This document shows positions 51,201 to 63,000 of a DNA stretch of 64,000 nt, piece after piece (within the stretch, counting starts at the first letter, position 1; the number at the start of each line of letters is the position of its first letter). Source of the stretch: Eledone cirrhosa (taxonomy: Eukaryota); contig OZ024744.1 of assembly GCA_964016885.1 (NCBI GenBank), positions 121,210,001 to 121,274,000 of the forward strand, read 5' to 3'. A program made the translations under genes and the position numbers. Under the pieces are notes generated by a model. That model searched no databases. It had not been told where the DNA came from and saw only the letters and a list, made by a program, of their open reading frames with translations.

Positions 51201-54200
51201 GATAAAAGTGACTGGGTGAGAGGAATAGAGGTAGTGATGGATGTTGTGAAGAGAGATAGTGTGAGATGGTTGGGTCATGTGTTAAGGAATGATAAAAGTG
51301 GCTGGGTGAGAGGAATAGAGGTAGTGATGGATGTTGTGAAGAGAGATAGTGTGAGATGGTTGGGTCATGTGTTGAGGAGGGATAAAATTGATTGGGTGAG
51401 AGGAATAGAGGTAGTGATGGATGTTGTGAAGGGAGATAGTGTGAGATGGTTGGGTCAGGTGTTGAGGAAGGATAAAAGTGAGTGGGTGAGAGGAATAGAG
51501 GTAATGATGGATGTTGTGAAGAGAGATAGTGTGAGATGGTTGGGTCATGAGTTGAGGAAGGTTGAATGTGAATGGGTGAGAGGAACAGAGGTAGTGATCG
51601 ATGTTGCGAAGAGAGATAGTGTGAGATGGTTGGGTCATGTGTTGAGGAATGTTAAAAGCGACTGGGTGAGAGGAATAGAGTTAGTGATGGATGTTGCGAA
51701 AAGAGATAGTGTGAGATGGTTGGGTCATGTGTTGAGGAAGTATGAAAGTGACTGGGTGAGAGGAATAGAGGTAGTGATGGATGTTGTGAAGAGAGATAGT
51801 GTGAGATGGTTGGGTCATGTGTTGAGGAAGGATTAAAGTGACTGGGTGAGAGCAATAGAGGTAGTGATGGATGTTGTGAAGTGAGATAGTGTGAGATGGT
51901 TGGGTCATGTGTTGAGGAAGGATAAAAGTGACTGGGTGAGAGGAATAGTGGTAGTGATGGATGTTGTAAAGGGAGATAGTGTGAGATGGTTGGGTCATGT
52001 GTTGAGGAAGGACGAAAGTGACTGGGTGAGAGGAATAGAGGTAGAGATGGATGTTGTGAAGAGAGATAGTGTGAGATGGTTGAGTCATGTGTTGAGGAAG
52101 TATGAAAGTGACTGGGCGAGCGAATAGAGGTAGTGATGGATGTTGTGAAGAGAGATAGTGTGAGATGGTTCGGTCATGTGTTGAGGAGGGATAAAATTGA
52201 TTGGGTGAGAGGAATAAAGGTAGTGATGGATGTTGTGAAGAGAGATAGTGTGAGATGGTTGGGTCATGTGTTGAGAAAGGAATAAAGTGACTGGGTGAGA
52301 GGAATAGAGGTAGTGATGGATGTTGTGAAGAGAGATAGTGTGAGATGGTTGGGTCATGTGTTGAGGAAGGATAAAAGTGACTGGGTGAGAGGAATAGTGG
52401 TAGTGATGGATGTTGTAAAGGGAGATAGTGTGAGATGGTTGGGTCATGTGTTGAGGAAGTATAAAAGTGACTGGGTGAGAGGAATAGAGGTAGTGATGGA
52501 TGTTGTGAAGAGAGATAGTGTGAGATGGTTGGGTCCTGTGTTGAGGAAGGATGAAAGTGACTGGGTGAGAAGAACAGAGGTAGTGATGGATGTTGTGAAG
52601 AGAGATAGTGTGAGATGGTTGGATCATGTGTTGAAGAAGGTTAAAAGTGACTGGGTGAGTCGAATAGAGGTAGTGATGAATGTTGTGAAGAGAGATAGTG
52701 TGGGACGGTTGGGTCATGTGTTGAGGAAGGATAAAAGTGACTGGGTGAGAGGAATAGAGGTAGTGATGGATGTTGTGAAGAGAGATAGTGTGAGATGGTT
52801 GGATCATGTGTTGAGGAAGGTTGAATGTGAATGGGTGAGAGGAACAGAGGTAGTGATGGATGTTGCGAAGAGAGATAGTGTGAGATGGTTGGGTCATGTG
52901 TTGAGGAAGGTTGAATGTGAATGGGTGAGAGGAACAGAGGTAGTGATGGATGTTGTGAAGAGAGATAGTGTGAGATGGTTGGGTCATGTGTTGAGGAAGG
53001 TTGAATGTGAATTAGGTGAGAGGAACAGAGGTAGTGATGGATGTTGTGAAGAGAGATAGTGTGAGATGGTTGGGTCATGTGTTGAGGAAGGTTGAATGTG
53101 AATGGGTGAGAGGAACAGAGGTAGTGATGGATGTTGCGAAGAGAGATAGTGTGAGATGGTTGGGTCATGTGTTGAGGAAGGATAAAAGTGACTGGGTGAG
53201 AGGAATAGAGGTAGTGATGGATGTTGCGAAGAGAGATAGTGTGAGATGGTTGGGTCATGTGTTGAGGAAGGATAAAAGTGACTGGGTGAGAGGAATAGAG
53301 GTTGTGATGGATGTTGTGAAGAGAGATAGTGTGAGATGGTTGGGTCATGTGTTGAGGAAGTATGAAAGTGACTGGGTGAGAGGAATAGAGGTACTGATAG
53401 ATGTTGTGAAGACAGATAGTGTGAGATGGTTGGGTCATGTGTTGAGGAAGGATAAAAGTGACTGGGTTAGAGGAATAGAGGTGGAGATGGATGTTGTGAA
53501 GAGAGATAGTGTGAGATGGTTGGGTCATGTGTTGTTGAAGTATGAAAGTGACTGGGTGAGGGAATAGAGGTAGTGATGGTTGTTGTGAAGAGAGATAGGG
53601 TGAGATGGTTAGGTCATGTGTTGAGGAGGGATAAAATTGATTGGGTGAGAGGAATAGAGGTAGTTATGGATGTTGTGAAGAGAGATAGTGTGAGATGGTT
53701 GGGTCATGTGTTGAGGAAGGATAAAAGTGAGTGGGTGAGAGGAATAGAGGTAGTGATGGATGTTGTGAAGACAGATAGTGTGAGATGGTTGGGTCATGTG
53801 TTGAGGAAGGTTGAATGTGAATGGGTGAGAAGAATAGAGGTTTTGATGGATGTTGTGAAGAGAGATAGTGTGAGATGGTTAGCTCATGTGTTGAGGAAGG
53901 ATAAAAGTGACTGGGTGAGAGGAATAGAGGTTGTGATGGATGTTGTGAAGCAAGATAGTGTGAGATGGTTGGGTCATGTGTTGAGGAATTATGAAAGTGA
54001 CTGGGTGAGAGGAATAGAGGTAGTGATAGATGTTGTGAAGACAGATAGTGTGAGATGGTTGTGTCATGTGTTGAGGAAGTATGAAAGTGACTGGGTGAGA
54101 GGAATAGAGGTAGTGATGGATGTTGTGAAGAGAGATAGTGTGAGATGGTTGGGTCATGTGTTGAGGAAGGATAAAAGTGACTGGGTGAGAGGAATAGTGG

Positions 54201-55259
54201 TAGTGATGGATGTTGTAAAGGGAGATAGTGTGAGATAGTTGGGTCATGTGTTGAGGAAGTATAAAAGTGACTGGGTGAGAGGAATAGAGGTAGTGATGGA
54301 TGTTGTGAAGAGAGATAGTGTGAGATGGTTGGGTCCTGTGTTGAGGAAGGATGAAAGTGACTGGGTGACAAGAACAGAGGTAGTGATGGATGTTGTGAAG
54401 AGAGATAGTGTGAGATGGTTGGATCATGTGTTGAAGAAGGTTAAAAGTGACTGGGTGAGTGGAATAGAGGTAGTGATGAATGTTGTCAAGAGAGATAGTG
54501 TGGGACGGTTGGGTCATGTGTTGAGGAAGGATAAAAGTGACTGGGTGAGAGGAATAGAGGTAGTGATGGATGTTGTGAAGAGAGATAGTGTGAGATGGTT
54601 GGGTCATGTGTTGAGGAAGGTTGAATGTGAATGGGTGAGAGGAACAGAGGTAGTGATGGATGTTGTGAAGAGAGATAGTGTGAGATGGTTGGGTCATGTG
54701 TTGAGGAAGGTTGAATGTGAATGGGTGAGAGGAACAGAGGTAGTGATGGATGTTGCGAAGAGAGATAGTGTGAGATGGTTGGGTCATGTGTTGACGAAGG
54801 ATAAAAGTGACTGGGTGAGAGGAATAGAGGTAGTGATGGATGTTGCGAAGAGAGATAGTGTGAGATGGTTGGGTCATGTGTTGAGGAAGGATAAAAGTGA
54901 CTGGGTGAGAGGAATAGAGGTTTTGATGGATGTTGTGAAGAGAGATAGTGTGAGATGGTTGTGTCATGTGTTGAGGAAGTATGAAAGTGACTGGGTGAGA
55001 GGAATAGAGGTAGTGATGGATGTTGTGAAGAGATATAGTGTGAGATGGTTGGGTCATGTGTTGAGGAAGGATAAAAGAGACTGGGTGAGAGGAATAGAGG
55101 TAGTGATGGATGTTGTAATGGTAGATAGTGTGAGATGGTTGGGTCATGTGTTGAGGAAGGTTAAAAGTGACTGGGTGAGTGGAATAGAGGTAGTGATGGA
55201 TGTTGTAAAGAGAGATAGTGTGGGACGGTAGGGTCATGTGTTGAGGAAGTATGAATGTG

Positions 55260-58200
55260 ACTGGGTGAGAGGAATCAGAGGTAGTGATGGATGTTGTGAT
55301 GAGAGATAGTGTGAGATGGTTGGGTCATGTGTTGAGGAAGGATAAAACTGACTGGGTGAGAGGAATAGAGGTAGTGATGGATGTTGTGAAGAGAGATAGT
55401 GTGAGATGGTTGGGTCATGTGTTAAGGAAGGATAAAAGTGGCTGGGTGAGAGGAATAGAGGTAGTGATGCATGTTGTGAAGAGAGATAGTGTGAGATGGT
55501 TGGGTCATGTGTTAAGGAAGTATGAATGTGACTGGGTGAGACGAATAGAGGTAGTGATGGATGTTGTGAAGAGAGATAGTGTGAGATGGTTGGGTCATGT
55601 GTTGAGGAAGGATTAAAGTGACTGGGTGAGAGCAATAGAGGTAGTGATGGATGTTGTGAAGAGAGATAGTGTGAGATGGTTGGGTCATGTGTTGAGGAAG
55701 TATGAAATTGACTGGGTGAGAGGAATAGAGGTAGTGATGGATGTTGTGAAGAGAGATAGTGTGAGATGGTTGGGTCATGTGTTGAGGAAGGATAAAAGTG
55801 ACTGGGTGAGAGGAATAGTGGTAGTGATGGATGTTGTAAAGGGAGATAGTGTGAGATGGTTGGGTCATGTGTTGAGGAAGTATGAAAGTGACTGGGTGAG
55901 AGGAATAGAGGTAGTGATAGATGTTGTGAAGAGAGATAGTGTGAGATGGTTGGGTCATGTGTTGAGGAAGTATGAAAGTGACTGGGTGAGAGGAATAGAG
56001 GTAGAGATGGATGTTGTGAAGAGAGATAGTGTGAGATGGTTGAGTCATGTGTTGAGGAAGTATGAAAGTGACTGAGCGAGCGAATAGAGGTAGTGATGGA
56101 TGTTGTGAAGAGAGATAGTGTGAGATGGTTCGGTCATGTGTTGAGGAGGGATAAAATTGATTGGGTGAGAGGAATAAAGGTAGTGATGGATGTTGTGAAG
56201 AGAGATAGTGTGAGATGGTTGGGTCATGTGTTGAGAAAGGAATAAAGTGACTGGGTGAGAGGAATAGAGGTAGTGATGGATGTTGTGAAGAGAGATAGTG
56301 TGAGATGGTTGGGTCATGTGTTGTGGAAGGATAAAAGTGACTGGGTGAGAGGAATAGTGGTAGTGATGGATGTTGTAAAGGGAGATAGTGTGAGATGGTT
56401 GGGTCATGTGTTGAGGAAATATAAAAGTGACTGGGTGAGAGGAATAGAGGTAGTGATGGATGTTGTGAAGAGAGATAGTGTGAGATGGTTGGGTCCTGTG
56501 TTGAGGAAGGATGAAAGTGACTGGGTGAGAAGAACAGAGGTAGTGATGGATGTTGTGAAGAGAGATAGTGTGAGATGGTTGGATCATGTGTTGAAGAAGG
56601 TTAAAAGTGACTGGGTGAGTGGAATAGAGGTAGTGATGAATGTTGTGAAGAGAGATAGTGTGGGACGGTTGGGTCATGTGTTGAGGAAGGATAAAAGTGA
56701 CTGGGTGAGAGAAATAGAGGTAGTGATGGATGTTGTGAAGAGAGATAGTGTGAGATGGTTGGATCATGTGTTGAGGAAGGTTGAATGTGAATGGGTGAGA
56801 GGAACAGAGGTAGTGATGGATGTTGCGAAGAGAGATAGTGTGAGATGGTTGGGTCATGTGTTGAGGAAGGTTGAATGTGAATGGGTGAGAGGAACAGAGG
56901 TAGTGATGGATGTTGTGAAGAGAGATAGTGTGAGATGGTTGGGTCATGTGTTGAGGAAGGTTGAAGGTGAATGGGTGAGAGGAACAGAGGTAGTGATGGA
57001 TGTTGTGAAGAGAGATAGTGTGAGATGGTTGGGTCATGTGTTGAGGAAGGTTGAATGTGAATGGGTGAGAGGAACAGAGGTAGTGATGGATGTTGCGAAG
57101 AGAGATAGTGTGAGATGGTTGGGTCATGTGTTGAGGAAGGATAAAAGTGACTGGGTGAGAGGAATAGAGGTAGTGATGGATGTTGCGAAGAGAGATAGTG
57201 TGAGATGGTTGGGTCATGTGTTGAGGAAGGATAAAAGTGACTGGGTGAGAGGAATAGAGGTTGTTATGGATGTTGTGAAGAGAGATAGTGTGAGATGGTT
57301 GGGTCATGTGTTGAGGAAGTATGAAAGTGACTGGGTGAGAGGAATAGAGGTACTGATAGATGTTGTGAAGACAGATAGTGTGAGATGGTTGCGTCATGTG
57401 TTGAGGAAGGATAAAAGTGACTGGGTGAGAGGAATCAGAGGTAGTGATGGATGTTGTGATGAGAGATAGTGTGAGATGGTTGGGTCATGTGTTGAGGAAG
57501 GATAAAACTGACTGGGTGAGAGGAATAGAGGTAGTGATGGATGTTGTGAAGAGAGATAGTGTGAGATGGTTGGGTCATGTGTTAAGGAAGGATAAAAGTG
57601 GCTGGGTGAGAGGAATAGAGGTAGTGATGCATGTTGTGAAGAGAGATAGTGTGAGATGGTTGGGTCATGTGTTAAGGAAGTATGAATGTGACTGGGTGAG
57701 ACGAATAGAGGTAGTGATGGATGTTGTGAAGAGAGATAGTGTGAGATGGTTGGGTCATGTGTTGAGGAAGGATTAAAGTGACTGGGTGAGAGCAATAGAG
57801 GTAGTGATGGATGTTGTGAAGAGAGATAGTGTGAGATGGTTGGGTCATGTGTTGAGGAAGTATGAAATTGACTGGGTGAGAGGAATAGAGGTAGTGATGG
57901 ATGTTGTGAAGAGAGATAGTGTGAGATGGTTGGGTCATGTGTTGAGGAAGGATAAAAGTGACTGGGTGAGAGGAATAGTGGTAGTGAGGATGTTGTAAAG
58001 GGAGATAGTGTGAGATGGTTGGGTCATGTGTTGAGGAAGTATGAAAGTGACTGGGTGAGAGGAATAGAGGTAGTGATAGATGTTGTGAAGAGAGATAGTG
58101 TGAGATGGTTGGGTCATGTGTTGAGGAAGTATGAAAGTGACTGGGTGAGAGGAATAGAGGTAGAGATGGATGTTGTGAAGAGAGATAGTGTGAGATGGTT

Positions 58201-59590
58201 GAGTCATGTGTTGAGGAAGTATGAAAGTGACTGAGCGAGCGAATAGAGGTAGTGATGGATGTTGTGAAGAGAGATAGTGTGAGATGGTTCGGTCATGTGT
58301 TGAGGAGGGATAAAATTGATTGGGTGAGAGGAATAAAGGTAGTGATGGATGTTGTGAAGAGAGATAGTGTGAGATGGTTGGGTCATGTGTTGAGAAAGGA
58401 ATAAAGTGACTGGGTGAGAGGAATAGAGGTAGTGATGGATGTTGTGAAGAGAGATACTGTGAGATGGTTGGGTCATGTGTTGAGGAAGGATAAAAGTGAC
58501 TGGGTGAGAGGAATAGTGGTAGTGATGGATGTTGTAAAGGGAGATAGTGTGAGATGGTTGGGTCATGTGTTGAGGAAATATAAAAGTGACTGGGTGAGAG
58601 GAATAGAGGTAGTGATGGATGTTGTGAAGAGAGATAGTGTGAGATGGTTGGGTCCTGTGTTGAGGAAGGATGAAAGTGACTGGGTGAGAAGAACAGAGGT
58701 AGTGATGGATGTTGTGAAGAGAGATAGTGTGAGATGGTTGGATCATGTGTTGAAGAAGGTTAAAAGTGACTGGGTGAGTGGAATAGAGGTAGTGATGAAT
58801 GTTGTGAAGAGAGATAGTGTGGGACGGTTGGGTCATGTGTTGAGGAAGGATAAAAGTGACTGGGTGAGAGAAATAGAGGTAGTGATGGATGTTGTGAAGA
58901 GAGATAGTGTGAGATGGTTGGATCATGTGTTGAGGAAGGTTGAATGTGAATGGGTGAGAGGAACAGAGGTAGTGATGGATGTTGCGAAGAGAGATAGTGT
59001 GAGATGGTTGGGTCATGTGTTGAGGAAGGTTGAATGTGAATGGGTGAGAGGAACAGAGGTAGTGATGGATGTTGTGAAGAGAGATAGTGTGAGATGGTTG
59101 GGTCATGTGTTGAGGAAGGTTGAAGGTGAATGGGTGAGAGGAACAGAGGTAGTGATGGATGTTGTGAAGAGAGATAGTGTGAGATGGTTGGGTCATGTGT
59201 TGAGGAAGGTTGAATGTGAATGGGTGAGAGGAACAGAGGTAGTGATGGATGTTGCGAAGAGAGATAGTGTGAGATGGTTGGGTCATGTGTTGAGGAAGGA
59301 TAAAAGTGACTGGGTGAGAGGAATAGAGGTAGTGATGGATGTTGCGAAGAGAGATAGTGTGAGATGGTTGGGTCATGTGTTGAGGAAGGATAAAAGTGAC
59401 TGGGTGAGAGGAATAGAGGTTGTGATGGATGTTGTGAAGAGAGATAGTGTGAGATGGTTCGGTCATGTGTTGAGGAAGTATGAAAGTGACTGGGTGAGAG
59501 GAATAGAGGTACTGATAGATGTTGTGAAGACAGATAGTGTGAGATGGTTGCGTCATGTGTTGAGGAAGGATAAAAGTGACTGGGTGAGAG
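55260..59590 (+). repeat. Tandem higher-order duplication, period 2159-2160 bp (24 monomers)
   Basis: ORF pairs 55284/57444, 55626/57786 (2160) and 56045/58204, 56255/58414 (2159, after a 1-nt deletion at ~57988); shared rare alleles 'gataaaactg', 'gatgcatg', 'actgagcgagcg', 'ttgaaggtgaa'. Confidence 0.9.
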
Positions 59591-60039
59591 GAATAGAGGT
59601 GGAGATGGATGTTGAGAAGAGAGATAGTGTGAGATGGTTGGGTCATGTGTTGTTGAAGTATGAAAGTGACTGGGTGACGGAATAGAGGTAGTGATGGATG
59701 TTGTGAAGAGAGATAGGGTGAGATGGTTAGGTCATGTGTTGAGGAGGGATAAAATTGATTAGGTGAGAGGAATAGAGGTAGTTATGGATGTTGTGAAGAG
59801 AGATAGTGTGAGATGGATGGGTCATGTGTTGAGGAAGGATAAAAGTGACTGGGTGAGAGGAATAGAGGTAGTGATGGATGTTGTGAAGACAGATAGTGTG
59901 AGATGGTTGGGTCATGTGTTGAGGAAGGTTGAATGTGAATGGGTGAGAAGAATAGAGGTTTTGATGGATGTTGTGAAGAGAGATAGTGTGAGATGGTTAG
60001 CTCATGTGTTGAGGAAGGATAAAAGTGACTGGGTGAGAG

Positions 60040-63000
60040 GAATAGAGGTTGTGATGGATGTTGTGAAGCAAGATAGTGTGAGATGGTTGGGTCATGTGTT
60101 GAGGAATTATGAAAGTGACCGGGTGAGAGGAATAGAGTAGTGATAGATGTTGTGAAGACAGATAGTGTGAGATGGTTGTGTCATGTGTTGAGGAAGTATG
60201 AAAGTGACTGGGTGAGAGGAATAGAGGTAGTGATGGATGTTGTGAAGAGAGATAGTGTGAGATGGTTGGGTCATGTGTTGAGGAAGGATAAAAGTGACTG
60301 GGTGAGAGGAATAGTGGTAGTGATGGATGTTGTAAAGGGAGATAGTGTGAGATAGTTGGGTCATGTGTTGAGGAAGTATAAAAGTGACTGGGTGAGAGGA
60401 ATAGAGGTAGTGATGGATGTTGTGAAGAGAGATAGTGTGAGATGGTTGGGTCCTGTGTTGAGGAAGGATGAAAGTGACTGGGTGACAAGAACAGAGGTAG
60501 TGATGGATGTTGTGAAGAGAGATAGTGTGAGATGGTTGGATCATGTGTTGAAGAAGGTTAAAAGTGACTGGGTGAGTGGAATAGAGGTAGTAATGAATGT
60601 TGTGAAGAGAGATAGTGTGGGACGGTTGGGTCATGTGTTGAGGAAGGATAAAAGTGACTGGGTGAGAGGAATAGAGGTAGTGATGGATGTTGTGAAGAGA
60701 GATAGTGTGAGATGGTTGGGTCATGTGTTGAGGAAGGTTGAATGTGAATGGGTGAGAGGAACAGAGGTAGTGATGGATGTTGTGAAGAGAGATAGTGTGA
60801 GATGGTTGGGTCATGTGTTGAGGAAGGTTGAATGTGAATGGGTGAGAGGAACAGAAGTAGTGATGGATGTTGCGAAGAGAGATAGTGTGAGATGGTTGGG
60901 TCATGTGTTGAGGAAGGATAAAAGTGACTGGGTGAGAGGAATAGAGGTAGTGATGGATGTTGCGAAGAGAGATAGTGTGAGATGGTTGGGTCATGTGTTG
61001 AGGAAGGATAAAAGTGACTGGGTGAGAGGAATAGAGGTTTTGATGGATGTTGTGAAGAGAGATAGTGTGAGATGGTTAGCTAATGTGTTGAGGAAGGATA
61101 AAAGTGACTGGGTGAGAGGAATAGAGGTTGTGATGGATGTTGTGAAGAGAGATAGTGTGAGATGGTTGGGTCATGTGTTGAGGAAGTATGAAAGTGACTG
61201 GGTGAGAGGAATAGAGGTACTGATAGATGTTGTGAAGACAGATAGTGTGAGATGGTTGGGTCATGTGTTGAGGAAGGATAAAAGTGACTGGGTGAGAGGA
61301 ATAGAGGTTGTGATGGATGTTGTGAAGCAAGATAGTGTGAGATGGTTGGGTCATGTGTTGAGGAATTATGAAAGTGACTGGGTGAGAGGAATAGAGGTAG
61401 TGATAGATGTTGTGAAGACAGATAGTGTGAGATGGTTGTGTCATGTGTTGAGGAAGTATGAAAGTGACTGGGTGAGAGGAATAGAGGTAGTGATGGATGT
61501 TGTGAAGAGAGATAGTGTGAGATGGTTGGGTCATGTGTTGAGGAAGGATAAAAGTGACTGGGTGAGAGGAATAGTGGTAGTGATGGATGTTGTAAAGGGA
61601 GATAGTGTGAGATAGTTGGGTCATGTGTTGAGGAAGTATAAAAGTGACTGGGTGAGAGGAATAGAGGTAGTGATGGATGTTGTGAAGAGAGATAGTGTGA
61701 GATGGTTGGGTCCTGTGTTGAGGAAGGATGAAAGTGACTGGGTGACAAGAACAGAGGTAGTGATGGATGTTGTGAAGAGAGATAGTGTGAGATGGTTGGA
61801 TCATGTGTTGAAGAAGGTTAAAAGTGACTGGGTGAGTGGAATAGAGGTAGTAATGAATGTTGTGAAGAGAGATAGTGTGGGACGGTTGGGTCATGTGTTG
61901 AGGAAGGATAAAAGTGACTGGGTGAGAGGAATAGAGGTAGTGATGGATGTTGTGAAGAGAGATAGTGTGAGATGGTTGGGTCATGTGTTGAGGAAGGTTG
62001 AATGTGAATGGGTGAGAGGAACAGAGGTAGTGATGGATGTTGTGAAGAGAGATAGTGTGAGATGGTTGGGTCATGTGTTGAGGAAGGTTGAATGTGAATG
62101 GGTGAGAGGAACAGAGGTAGTGATGGATGTTGCGAAGAGAGATAGTGTGAGATGGTTGGGTCATGTGTTGAGGAAGGATAAAAGTGACTGGGTGAGAGGA
62201 ATAGAGGTAGTGATGGATGTTGCGAAGAGAGATAGTGTGAGATGGTTGGGTCATGTGTTGAGGAAGGATAAAAGTGACTGGGTGAGAGGAATAGAGGTTG
62301 TGATGGATGTTGTGAAGAGAGATAGTGTGAGATGGTTGGGTCATGTGTTGAGGAAGTATGAAAGTGACTGGGTGAGAGGAATAGAGGTACTGATAGATGT
62401 TGTGAAGACAGATAGTGTGAGATGGTTGGGTCATGTGTTGAGGAAGGATAAAAGTGACTGGGTTAGAGGAATAGAGGTGGAGATGGATGTTGTGAAGAGA
62501 GATAGTGTGAGATGGTTGGGTCATGTGTTGAGGAAGGATAAAAGTGACTGGGTGAGAGGAATAGAGGTTTTGATGGATGTTGTGAAGAGAGATAGTGTGA
62601 GATGGTTAGCTAATGTGTTGAGGAAGGATAAAAGTGACTGGGTGAGAGGAATAGAGGTTGTGATGGATGTTGTGAAGAGAGATAGTGTGAGATGGTTGGG
62701 TCATGTGTTGAGGAAGTATGAAAGTGACTGGGTGAGAGGAATAGAGGTACTGATAGATGTTGTGAAGACAGATAGTGTGAGATGGTTGGGTCATGTGTTG
62801 AGGAAGGATAAAAGTGACTGGGTGAGAGGAATAGAGGTTGTGATGGATGTTGTGAAGCAAGATAGTGTGAGATGGTTGGGTCATGTGTTGAGGAATTATG
62901 AAAGTGACTGGGTGAGAGGAATAGAGGTAGTGATAGATGTTGTGAAGACAGATAGTGTGAGATGGTTGTGTCATGTGTTGAGGAAGTATGAAAGTGACTG

